DNA of 64,000 bases from Acidobacteriota bacterium (GTDB lineage Bacteria; Acidobacteriota; UBA6911). This document shows positions 38,449 through 48,700 of the stretch, in pieces. The position numbers and the translations under genes are program-made. The notes below the pieces were generated by a model. It saw nothing but the letters and a program-made list of their open reading frames with translations. It searched no databases and was not told the origin of the DNA. The stretch covers positions 2,464,001-2,528,000 of the forward strand of contig OY761556.1 of NCBI GenBank assembly GCA_963664705.1, given 5' to 3'. Within the stretch, counting starts at the first letter, position 1. The number at the start of each line of letters is the position of its first letter.

Positions 38449-39239
38449 CGGGATGTCCTCTCGATAGCCTGTACATTGAAGCGCCTGTATTGAGAATAGT
38501 GATGGATGTTGCGCCAATGCTGGAATCCGGTCTCGATCTCGATCAGGCTTCGCGACGGAAGCCATCGCGCCAAATTCGCGGAGAGTTTCTGGAGCTTATA
38601 ATTCACCTCCACTTTGAACTTCATTACATTAATTTCCCTCATTGGAGCGATCAGGTTCGCACTCATTCCTGTGACAATACCGGTGTCCGGTTCAATTACA
38701 GCCGTACCAATCAGCTCAAGCGGATATATCCGCCCCTGAACGGTGATCGCGGCCGTGGAAGGCGTTCCGGAAATATGTTCAAATCGGATATGCAGGGCTC
38801 CATCCCGGGTTGTCTCCGGATCCATCTGGAAGCGATAATTGGATTGATGCACCGGATGAAAGATCATCAGCATCGTCGGAAATCCATTTGTGCTAAGAAG
38901 TGCAGGCGCCTCCGCCCTATCCGCTCTTTTGCCCAGCGGAAGGCGAACTTCTTCTACCGTCAGATCCTCATCTTCCTTTCGCGTAATGGCGAGGTAGTCA
39001 AAAACCGAATCCTGCTGGTATTCGATCTTCCCGTTCTTTGCGATCTTTTCCTGGCTGATTGATTCAGTGCAGCTAAACGAAGAGACCTCCGCCCAGAAGG
39101 AACTGACGACCGCTCCGGCTTTTCGGAGCACTTCCTCGATGGAGGGATCCTTTACCTCCGATCCTGCGACACCGGGTACTGCCGCAGCCCCCAGTGAAAT
39201 CGCAATCAACAGGCACGTCCGAATCAGGTTATTCCTCAT
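38445..39239 (-). CDS. Exported hypothetical protein
   Basis: Sec-type signal peptide, beta-rich pattern, 4-bp overlaps with both neighbours. Confidence 0.75.
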   Translation of the reverse strand: MRNNLIRTCLLIAISLGAAAVPGVAGSEVKDPSIEEVLRKAGAVVSSFWAEVSSFSCTESISQEKIAKNGKIEYQQDSVFDYLAITRKEDEDLTVEEVRLPLGKRADRAEAPALLSTNGFPTMLMIFHPVHQSNYRFQMDPETTRDGALHIRFEHISGTPSTAAITVQGRIYPLELIGTAVIEPDTGIVTGMSANLIAPMREINVMKFKVEVNYKLQKLSANLARWLPSRSLIEIETGFQHWRNIHHYSQYRRFNVQAIERTSR

Positions 39240-40942
39240 TGCGATCTCTTGTGGTTATCAAAGCGATATCCCAGGTTTACAAAGTACTGGTTGTATCGCT
39301 GTACCTGGCCGCGGTAGGCAGTGATACCGATTCCCATGATGTAGTGGGCTCCCACATACCAGTCGAATGTACCGTTGATAAACCGGGCACGGCTCTGATC
39401 GGTAAACTGCGACGAGAGTGCCTGCTGACCCAGTTGCACTTCGAATCGGAACCCCTCGCCAACCTGTCGATCCGCAGTGAATGTCTGGTAGGTGCCGCGG
39501 CCAAATGAACTGTCGAAGCGGGAATACCTGTAATCAGCCCGGACGCCCGAATGCAATATGTCTCCCAGGGACGCTCCGGCCAGATAATTCCAGGAGGCGC
39601 GATTATCCCCGGTTCGGCTGCTCCGTCCCGTATTCCCATACACGCTGAATCTGTAAGGCAAAGATAGACGAATACCCCCATTCAGCCCCTGGAACAGGAA
39701 CTTATCCAGCAATCCCGTACCAATCAACCGGATATCAAACGTGGGAACATTCCGGAAATAATTTTCATTGATATCGAAAGCAATGATGGGATGCGGCTGG
39801 ATTCGCACCGTGACATAGCTGCGGCTAAGTTTGACTTCCCGATTGTTTCCGGTTTGAGATCGCGTCAGCAGATCGACTTCCTGGTTGCTGTAGACTGAAA
39901 AATGCGATTTGTAAAATATTCCATTTTCGAAAAACGCAAACTGCCGGTCCGGCTGCCAATGCACGCGTGAGATTGCGATTCCGGAGGTACTGCTAAAGCG
40001 CACGGCATCAAAGCTGCCTCGTTCCATATTAAAAAAGGCGCCCCCAATGGTGCGGTTCCGATCGTAATTCCATGAGGAGGGATCCGGAGTCGTTCCTCCG
40101 AATGCACCGAGGGTCTGTCGACCCACGCGCCGCCCCACATAAAATCCGTCAATCGTGCTGAGGCTTGCGGCCCATGGCACATAGAGCCGGCCGAATCCTG
40201 CCATCCAGTTGCTCTTCGGACTATCGTAGTTAATGCTGAATGTGTACGTGCGATTAATAAGATCGGAGAGCGTTTCCTGCTGATAATCCTTCCTCATCTG
40301 ATAGCGCCCACGGTGATATCCGTGCACACTCCAGTAGGATCCACCCAGACGCGTGGCATCCAGCCGAAGCATGAACCCGAACTGCGAGGACTGCACGCCG
40401 GTGCCCGGGATCTGCAGGAAACTGGTATCGGCTCCAATACGCGCCCGAACCCGGTTTACCTCGGGCAATGGCGGTTTGGGAATACTCTCCCGCATTTCCT
40501 GTAATGGCGGCGCGCCTTCAGTGAAAGCCGCGATCTGCGGATACTTTCGAACCTCGCGCATCATCGATTCCTGCCGAAGCATCTGCCGGTCTCCCGGCCG
40601 AAAATAGGCGGCGTCTCCCGGCACGATTTCGGATTTGGATGAAACAATTCTACCCGCCGCGGAGGTCGCGGCCACTGACTCGATCTCGATTTCACCAACC
40701 GTCATCGCTTCGGCAAACGCCTCGTCAGATTCTTTGCGGCGGATCGAGAGAATCTGTCCCTCCGCCAGGCCGGCTCCGCTTCCCGCCTCAAGGTAAACAG
40801 CGTTATCGTGAACAAATTTTACGCGAAATCCGCCGGATGAATCGGGCCCGGCCATGACTATCCGGTACGAATTGAAAGCGAGGACAAGCAGCCACAACAT
40901 CGTTGCTGTTCCTGATTGCCCGAAATGCCTGCAGCGAATCAT
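39236..40942 (-). CDS. Probable outer-membrane beta-barrel (porin) with N-terminal soluble domain
   Basis: AGGAGG SD, signal-like N-terminus, many G/Y/F/R-rich amphipathic strands after ~aa 160, final strand YFVNLGYRF. Confidence 0.75.
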   Translation of the reverse strand: MIRCRHFGQSGTATMLWLLVLAFNSYRIVMAGPDSSGGFRVKFVHDNAVYLEAGSGAGLAEGQILSIRRKESDEAFAEAMTVGEIEIESVAATSAAGRIVSSKSEIVPGDAAYFRPGDRQMLRQESMMREVRKYPQIAAFTEGAPPLQEMRESIPKPPLPEVNRVRARIGADTSFLQIPGTGVQSSQFGFMLRLDATRLGGSYWSVHGYHRGRYQMRKDYQQETLSDLINRTYTFSINYDSPKSNWMAGFGRLYVPWAASLSTIDGFYVGRRVGRQTLGAFGGTTPDPSSWNYDRNRTIGGAFFNMERGSFDAVRFSSTSGIAISRVHWQPDRQFAFFENGIFYKSHFSVYSNQEVDLLTRSQTGNNREVKLSRSYVTVRIQPHPIIAFDINENYFRNVPTFDIRLIGTGLLDKFLFQGLNGGIRLSLPYRFSVYGNTGRSSRTGDNRASWNYLAGASLGDILHSGVRADYRYSRFDSSFGRGTYQTFTADRQVGEGFRFEVQLGQQALSSQFTDQSRARFINGTFDWYVGAHYIMGIGITAYRGQVQRYNQYFVNLGYRFDNHKRSQ

Positions 40943-40951
40943 AGGAGCCTC

Positions 40952-43126
40952 CTAGTCCGTCCGGCCGGTCGGATGGCATGAATAGCAATTTGCACTGTTG
41001 TAAACGTAATTCGAGACTCCCTGATGCTGAGAATCCGTGGTTGCTTTGTCATGGGTGTGACAGGTAATGCAGGAAAAAACCGAGTAATTGTTCGAGTTCG
41101 TATGGCAGTCTCCGCAACTGGTCCAGCGTCCTGCATGCGAGCCGCTGTAGATCGGGAACTGGGCGTGGTTGAAGGTCGCCCCGCTCCATGAGGAGGTCGA
41201 ATGGCAGCTGTCGCATGTTTTGGGGAAAAGAGCAGCCACATGGTTGGGGTCTGTCGTACTGGTATATTCCTTTGAATGGCAGGAATAGCAATCGGTCGGC
41301 GTGCCCGCATATATCCCCGAAATGTGGCATAGAGCGCACTGCACACTAGTGTGAGCGCCGGTCAAAGGGAAGTTTGTCTTGCTGTGGTTAAAGATCGACG
41401 GGCTCCAGGCGCTGGTGGAATGACAGATCGTGCAATCCTGGGGGAAGCCCGCGCTGACATGGTTCGGATTGGAGGCACCGTTGAAATTGGCAAGATGGCA
41501 TGAAACGCAGGCGGTCGGCAGGTTTGCATACTGGCCGCTGGAATGACACGCGGGGCATTGCAGCGGCGCATGCGCGCCGGTGAGAGGGAATTTCGTCTTG
41601 CTGTGATCGAAGAGCGCCGGAGTCCATGCTGTCGTGCTGTGGCATACGGAACAATCCTGAGGAAATCCGGCGGCAGTATGGTTTGGATTCGTCGTGCCAT
41701 TGAAATCGGTCAGATGACAGGAAACGCAAGTTGTCGGCAGCGTCGCATACTGGCCGCTTGCATGGCAGGCACTGCATTTCTGGCCGGCATGCGCCCCGGT
41801 CAGAGGGAATTTTGAGGTGTTGTGGTCGAATATGGACGGCGTCCAGGCTATCGTGCTGTGGCATGTCGAACATACCTGGGAAAAACCTGCAGCAACATGA
41901 TCAGGGTTTTTGGAACCGGTGAAATCGCTGAGATGGCAGGAGGCACAGGCCGTGGATAGCCCTGTATACTGGCCATTTTTGTGGCAATCCACGCACTGCC
42001 TCGATGCATGAGCGCCCGTAAGCGGGAACTGCGTCTTGCTGTGATCGAATGAGGCCGGATTCCATGCCGTCGTCGCATGACAGATTGTGCAATCCTGGGG
42101 GAAGCCCGATGTGACATGGTTCGGATTGGTGGTCCCGTTAAAATCAGCCAGATGACAGCTGATGCAGGCCGTGGGAAGGCCCGCATATTGTCCGTTCTTG
42201 TGACAATCGATACACTGGATGCCCGAGTGAGCGCCCGTAAGCGGAAACTTGGTTGCATTGTGGTTAAAGGTTGTCCCCTGCCACGAATTTGTTGTGTGGC
42301 AAACGGAGCAGTCTTTCGGAAAATTGGCCTGGACGTGATCTGGATTCGTTGCTGCATTGTAGTCCTTCAAATGACATCCGATACAGTCGGCCGGTGTTCC
42401 AGAGAATTTCCCCCCGATGTGACATTGAGTGCATTGCAGGCTGGCATGAGCGCCCAAAAGAGCGAATCCTGTGACCTTGGCATGATCCAAAAGGCTGCGT
42501 TGCCAGTTGTCTGCCTGGTGACAGGACTCGCAATTTGTTGAAAATCCCGCGGCCTGGTGATCAATCACCCTGGCACTCAGGTAATCGGCCTGGTGACACG
42601 ATACGCACTGCGTGCTCAGCCCCTTAAACAACCCCACCGCCGCACTCTTATGGCAGTCCTGGCAGGATGTCGCCGCATGCGCCCCAAGCAGCGGAAACCG
42701 GTTTTCGTGGCCGCCGGGATTCCTCCGCACATCACCCCAGCCGCGAATCGTATGACATTGTTCGCAATTGCTTCCCATCTGCCGCCTATGGATATCCGCA
42801 TGGCAATCCGCACAGTTTTTCCCAACATTGGAGAAGACAAGCTTGAGGTGGCACTGCCTGCAGTCCAACGCGGCATGCATCCCCTGCAGCGGGTATCCCG
42901 TGCTGGCATGGCTGAAATCCGGGAAAGGTCGAATCGGCTTCCAGCTCGTGGTGGTATGGCAATTGGTGCACGAGATTTTAATTGCGCCATGCGGGCTGTA
43001 TGTCCGTTCCGACGACTGTTGAACCGAAAGGGCAAATCCGGCAACGACCGCAGCACAAACCAACACACATATTGCGGTTGCCGAAATTCGCAGCGAAAGC
43101 CTCCTGGTAATATGCAATAATTTCAT
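40952..43126 (-). CDS. 28-heme c-type cytochrome built from 73-aa triheme repeats
   Basis: 28 CxxCH motifs counted; repeating FxH...FPLTGAH...NPNH. ATG 43126 overlaps the upstream stop and is followed by a signal peptide. Confidence 0.95.
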   Translation of the reverse strand: MKLLHITRRLSLRISATAICVLVCAAVVAGFALSVQQSSERTYSPHGAIKISCTNCHTTTSWKPIRPFPDFSHASTGYPLQGMHAALDCRQCHLKLVFSNVGKNCADCHADIHRRQMGSNCEQCHTIRGWGDVRRNPGGHENRFPLLGAHAATSCQDCHKSAAVGLFKGLSTQCVSCHQADYLSARVIDHQAAGFSTNCESCHQADNWQRSLLDHAKVTGFALLGAHASLQCTQCHIGGKFSGTPADCIGCHLKDYNAATNPDHVQANFPKDCSVCHTTNSWQGTTFNHNATKFPLTGAHSGIQCIDCHKNGQYAGLPTACISCHLADFNGTTNPNHVTSGFPQDCTICHATTAWNPASFDHSKTQFPLTGAHASRQCVDCHKNGQYTGLSTACASCHLSDFTGSKNPDHVAAGFSQVCSTCHSTIAWTPSIFDHNTSKFPLTGAHAGQKCSACHASGQYATLPTTCVSCHLTDFNGTTNPNHTAAGFPQDCSVCHSTTAWTPALFDHSKTKFPLTGAHAPLQCPACHSSGQYANLPTACVSCHLANFNGASNPNHVSAGFPQDCTICHSTSAWSPSIFNHSKTNFPLTGAHTSVQCALCHISGIYAGTPTDCYSCHSKEYTSTTDPNHVAALFPKTCDSCHSTSSWSGATFNHAQFPIYSGSHAGRWTSCGDCHTNSNNYSVFSCITCHTHDKATTDSQHQGVSNYVYNSANCYSCHPTGRTD

Positions 43127-45318
43127 GGCCGTTTTCCTGATGTATCCAATCCATGGCATGCCGTACACTCGCGTTTCGTCCCCTTGTAAACAACCACCTT
43201 CTTGCCCTTCACATCCATGGAATCGGAATGGCACAACACACAGGCTACACGCTTGTGTGCGCCGGTAAGTGCAAACGTCGACTGCTTCTCATGATCAAAG
43301 GAGGAAGGCACCCACTTCTGAAACGGATGGCAGCGGCCGCAATCCAAAACTGTACCGGTCACCGCGAATTGCCCCGCATGAGCATCCTCATGACACCCGA
43401 TGCATTCCTGCGGAGTTCCCGAATATCGAACAATGCCCCCGGCTGATTTGGAGTGGCATCGTTCGCACTTGACGGACTGATGTGCCACCGATAGCGGAAA
43501 CCGGGTTGTGGCATGATCAAACGTAACTTCAGCCCAGGCATTGATGGAGTGGCAACTGCTGCACCCGCCCACCCTGCCGTCCGGCATTGGAGTTCGCATG
43601 CGCGATGTAAACTGTCCCTTGTGCGGATCCTGATGGCAGCCGGTGCATTGCTGCGGCGCATCTTTATATACAATGTCCGCAATAGCAGCCTTTCCCAGCG
43701 GTGGCTTGTGGCACTTGATGCATTCCGCCCGCTTATGCGCCCCCTCAAGCCGGAATTCCGTGGCCGCATGGTTAAAAGAATCCAGTTCATGCCACGAATT
43801 GACCGTGTGACACGCCCGACAGCTTTTCGCCGTCCCGTCAGGAAACCGATCCTGCATCTGCAAGGTGAATTGTCCGCGATGGAGATCCGAATGACACGCG
43901 GGACAGGACCTGTCATCAAAACGATATTGGACCGGCTGTGCTCCGCCTTTATGGCACTGGGAACACTGCAGCCTTTCATGCCCCCCGGATAGAGGAAAAC
44001 GTGTGGATGCATGCAGCGGCGCAGAAAAGAGGGATGGTTTGAACGTACTCTGGTTATGGCATTTCTCGCAATGGTTGTTATACCGTTCATCGGAGAATTG
44101 TCCCAGGTGAATATCCCGGTGGCAGGCAATACAGGAAATATCCCGCATCCGATAGACGACCGCCTTTGCGCCATTGGCCTTGTGACAATCGGCGCAGCGT
44201 ACGATCCGATGATGCTCCTCAAGCGGAAACCGGGTCGCGGAATGTCGTGCGACATCGAACGTGGTCGGAGTAAAGCCGTTTACCGTATGGCAATCACCGC
44301 AATCGCGCGGCAAGCGCTCCGCATCGAACTGACCTTGGTGAGGATCCCTGGAGTGACAATCCCTGCATTTCTCAAATACGAGCGGCCTGGAGAATTTTGC
44401 CTGCAAGTGACATCCGGTACATTCAACCCGCACATGTCTGCCCTCAAGCGGAAAACGCGTTCGGGAATGATTGAATCCATCATCACCATGGATGGATTTC
44501 CAGCTTGTCTTGGCCGAATGACATGTCCGGCACGCATCCTTAAAGGTTCCGCCGTGTGGATCCTTGTGGCATGGCGTGCAGTCTTCAAATTGCAGGTTCC
44601 TATAACGTCTGACGGCTCTCCCGGTCGCAGGCATCGAGTGACATTGGATGCAATCAACCTTTTCGTGAGAGCCCTCCAGGTTGAAACGCGCATTCCGATG
44701 ATTGAATCGAGCGGGCCTTTTCCAATCTTCAAAATCATGACACCGATCGCACCGATCCGTCAGCTCGCCCTGGTGCGGGTCCGCGTGGCAACCCGAACAC
44801 AATGTCGAAAGCCCCAGATAAGTCCGGTTCAAATCTCTTATCACAATGGAGGTTCTGGAGGCTCCGGGAATATTGTCCGCTTTGTGGCATCTGCGACATT
44901 CCACCCGAGAGTGCTTTGCCTCCAGACGATAGCCGGTGGAGGCATGATCAAATTGGCTCAAGGGCATGGTCCAGTGAATCAAGTTGAAAGCCCTTCCATT
45001 ATGCTCATTGTGGCACTGGGCGCAGACGCGTCCGCTTCGGTCCGCACCTACCAGCGATGGGTGCAATCCCCTGTTCCCCTGGATGCGATCCCGAATGTCC
45101 TTATGGCAGGAGATGCATTTGAATTCGGGAGGCCTCTTCCCGGCATCGTGACAATCGCCGCAGTGGCCCGATCCGCTCAACGACTGATGAGCATTGGATA
45201 GGTCGCCGGGCGAAATCTGAGGATAGGCCTGATGGATCAAAACCGCGATCAGCCAGCCAAAAACCAGGGCTCCCTGGACCAACGCTTGTCCGCTTCCAGC
45301 AATCCGGGAGAAATCCAT
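43123..45318 (-). CDS. 26-heme c-type cytochrome
   Basis: 26 CxxCH motifs counted; signal peptide then QISPGDLSNAH; repeats FxH...FPLEGxH...DPHxGQF. Confidence 0.95.
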   Translation of the reverse strand: MDFSRIAGSGQALVQGALVFGWLIAVLIHQAYPQISPGDLSNAHQSLSGSGHCGDCHDAGKRPPEFKCISCHKDIRDRIQGNRGLHPSLVGADRSGRVCAQCHNEHNGRAFNLIHWTMPLSQFDHASTGYRLEAKHSRVECRRCHKADNIPGASRTSIVIRDLNRTYLGLSTLCSGCHADPHQGELTDRCDRCHDFEDWKRPARFNHRNARFNLEGSHEKVDCIQCHSMPATGRAVRRYRNLQFEDCTPCHKDPHGGTFKDACRTCHSAKTSWKSIHGDDGFNHSRTRFPLEGRHVRVECTGCHLQAKFSRPLVFEKCRDCHSRDPHQGQFDAERLPRDCGDCHTVNGFTPTTFDVARHSATRFPLEEHHRIVRCADCHKANGAKAVVYRMRDISCIACHRDIHLGQFSDERYNNHCEKCHNQSTFKPSLFSAPLHASTRFPLSGGHERLQCSQCHKGGAQPVQYRFDDRSCPACHSDLHRGQFTLQMQDRFPDGTAKSCRACHTVNSWHELDSFNHAATEFRLEGAHKRAECIKCHKPPLGKAAIADIVYKDAPQQCTGCHQDPHKGQFTSRMRTPMPDGRVGGCSSCHSINAWAEVTFDHATTRFPLSVAHQSVKCERCHSKSAGGIVRYSGTPQECIGCHEDAHAGQFAVTGTVLDCGRCHPFQKWVPSSFDHEKQSTFALTGAHKRVACVLCHSDSMDVKGKKVVVYKGTKRECTACHGLDTSGKRP

Positions 45319-45530
45319 AGGGCACTCAGGATGAGGGACAGCATCACGGCGCTTGGCACAACTTCAGGAGCGCCAACCTGAAAATCATGTTTTAAGACTT
45401 GATACCGGTGCCTTGGTGGGAACGAATACACACAGGGCCGGACTCATTGTTATTGCGCACGCGTGCGGCATCAATGCGCAGAAATACTCATTTTGCAATA
45501 TGGAAAACTACTCAGTGGACAAGGATGCAT

Positions 45531-45586
45531 TGGGAGCGTACTACTGCAGGTTCCGCCGTCCCGGCTAATGGCTGCATACTATTTGC
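45531..45586. repeat. Solo MITE-like end with GGGAGCG context
   Basis: TGGGAGCG...CCCGGCTAATGGCTGCATACTATTTG matches the 63.9-kb end apart from one extra G. Confidence 0.6.
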
Positions 45587-45734
45587 GAGTTTGGTCAACG
45601 AGATTTTCATCCCTTAACTATAGCGTCGTCGGCTCGACCCGAAATGAAATCGGCGGCGTCTCGCCGGCACGAGACAATCTGCATCCACCCCCGCCATTGC
45701 CGCCGGAATCTGGAATCTGAAATCCGCACTTGGA

Positions 45735-48700
45735 TCAGTAGGACTGGGCCTTCAATTCATTGACGAACTGGTCGAGGGTTTTTCTTTCACCTGCAGGAGT
45801 GGCTTCAAAGGCACGCTGCGCATAAACAGCGCCCGCATCAGGATCGCCTTTTCCGAAATACAGGGTCGCAAGCCGCTTTAGAAGATAGCTATCCCGGGGA
45901 GCATCGCGCAAAGTGTCCAACGTTATCCGGATTGCTTCATCGCGACGATTGAGAAGCGCAAGCAATGCCACAACGTTTTTTCTGGCCTCAATGTTGCCCC
46001 GACTCAGGCGGGCGGCCGTGGAATAACTCTTCAGCGCTTTTTGCAACTCATTTTGCCTATAATACATTTCACCCATAACCATATGCGTCCCCACGTATCG
46101 CGGGGCCAATTGCAGGGCCTTTCCGAGATAATCCTCGGCGCTGCTGTAGTCACCCAGAAGAAAAAGACAACGTCCTATCCGGGAGTAAGCGGCTGGGAAA
46201 TGAATCGCAAGTGCCGCCTGCTTTTGAAAAAAAGAAATTGCATGTTCCAGACCATCCTTACGGACAGCAGGATCGGTAGAGCGCTCGGCGATCTGTTCGT
46301 AGAAGGCACCCAGGGTCATATAGGTCGAGGGATCCAGCCGGTTCATTTCCAGGGCGCTTTGCAGAACCTCTCCGGCATGCGATAAATCGGCAACTCCGCT
46401 GTAGGCCGCAGAAGAATGCGCAAGCCCCAATGACAGCCGGTATACGCTTTCTCCCGTCCCCAGGTCCGAAGCTCTTTGATACAATTCTATCGCGGCGGAT
46501 GCGTTCCCCGAGGACTTGTACGCGTTTGCTGCGCGTGCGGCAACATCGGCCCAGGCCGGACGAACCGATAGCATCCAGATTGCCGCAAGCGAGCAGAAAA
46601 GCACGGTGCATCCGAATGCCCATTGCCCCTTATGCCAAACGCTTTCACCCAACTTCCTTTCGTTGCTTGAACTCAAGATGACAGTCAACAGCCCAAGAAG
46701 CAGCATCAGGCAGATCCCAAAGAGGCTGATGCGCGCCTCGGCCTGCTGTGCAATCAATACGGGAAAGGTCCCATCCTCTACTGTCCAGAAGGCAGCAGTG
46801 ATCCATCCCACAACAACCCATAAAGCAGCAACGGAGGCAACGAAAAGGACGACGGTTTTCCTGACAACAACTTTACGCATCCCCGCTTCGGGAATCTCGG
46901 ACATCAGCAAACCGATATTGACTGCAACCGTCAGCAAAAGAACCGCCAACGCGGCAGGTACTGGCAGTCTCTGGGTAGTAAACGAAAACCACGAATGCCG
47001 AAAAATCTGGAGCGAATTCAAACCGGGCGTGACATTGAAAATAAAAAACCAGATGGGAACCAACAGGACCAACCCTGATATCGACGCATAGGAAATCAGC
47101 GGATTTCCCCTATCTTTGCCGATCTTATCGTGACCGCTGGTCGTTTCCTCCTCCCGGTGCGCCGGGTTACGGAACGAAACGGCCGCCAGAATCCCCAGAA
47201 ACAAATAGAAGTAGAGACGCGTCGGCGCCACCGCCATGGCAAATCCGGTCTCGATGATATGGGCAATGATCCCGCCCGCCAAGCCCAGCACAAGCCATTG
47301 CCCCGGCTTAAATCGCGTTTCCACGCAGGGAGCACAAAATCCGCTTACCCCGATAAAAACAACGGTTCCGGTCAGCAGCCCCGCCAGGACTCCGATGCCG
47401 GCCATATAGGGTGCCTTTGTCCAAAAGGACACGCCGATGCCCACAAATCCGCCAAGCCCGGCAAACAGAAAAAACAGTGCTCTCCAGCGGCCCTCGCAGT
47501 TGAATCCCAGGAACCGAAGAGTGAGGAATATGGCCACGGCGATCAGAATCAGATAGGCGATGACGCCGACATGCCCGAGAGTAATCAGGTCGTCGTATAC
47601 CTCATTGTGCATCCGATCCATCGGCGCTTCAGGATGCAATTGGATCAGCGCGGGTACGGCATAAAGGTTTCCCGGCACCCAGGCGCACTCGGGCCCGTAT
47701 CCGAATGCCCATCGCAAAAAATGACGCGGATCGCGCGTCCCATCCGGCAGAACCGCCGGAGCTCCTTCCTGCGCATACCGGATGCTCGTGATCCACAAAC
47801 CCTGTCTTACGGGATCGGACGTCTTTGCCAGGCGGCCCAGTCCCGGCATTGTCAATGGATTGATGAATCCAGCGGAAACCAGGACTAAAAGCAGAACCAC
47901 CGGGATCAGTTGGCTCAGCCAGGTCAGCCAAAACCAGGATCGCCCCCAGGAAGCGCGATAAAAGAAATAGTAACCGAACAGGCTCAGTCCAGCGAAAGCG
48001 CCAAAGATCGAAAAAAACACCATTGCTGGAAGCCTGGAACCAAGGCGCACGACTGCAAGCGCCAGCAAGGGCACCAGCATTCCGATTCCAACCGCTGCCA
48101 GCGCCGGAACAAAACTTCGGTTGCCGGGAGAGCGATGAAGCACCAGGACGACAAAAACACAGAGATATAAAGCGACAACCAAACCGATCAGCGGCCCACG
48201 GCTCTGCGTAGCAATGAGGGCTCCTGCCTGTAGGATCAACGCCAGCATGCAACTGCATATCAACAAAACGCCGGGTTTTCGAGCGGCCTTCTGACGCAAT
48301 CGACCGAAGCCCTCGGCCATTCGACACAGCGTCAGCGGGAGAACCATGGCCAGGTAGCCTCCCAGGAAAATGGGATTGCCCATCGTCGAGGACGACCTTC
48401 CGACCAGCCCTTTCCACGGAAGTGGATCCATTGAAAACCGCTGCAGGATTGCATAGGAAGCCGCAGGAATGCTGGTAAGAATTAAGATGAACTGAAGCCT
48501 CTTCAACTGATCCGCGCGTCGAAGCTCAGAAACAAGCAGCAGGAAAATGATCAAATAGCAGAGAAATGCAACGGTTCCCTGCGCCCGGCGGTAAGACCCC
48601 AGCCAACTCAGTTGTGGGATGATGGAACAGAAGGAGCTTACCAGGTAGACCGCAGTCAGCGCCAGGATCGGTTTTATCAGAGGAATGCGAATAAAGCTCC

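Noticed and set aside
41543-45201. Long plus-strand ORFs (e.g. 44011-45201, 42557-43120) with repeated MAxxA motifs
   Set aside because: They are antisense shadows of the CxxCH codons of the two cytochrome genes.
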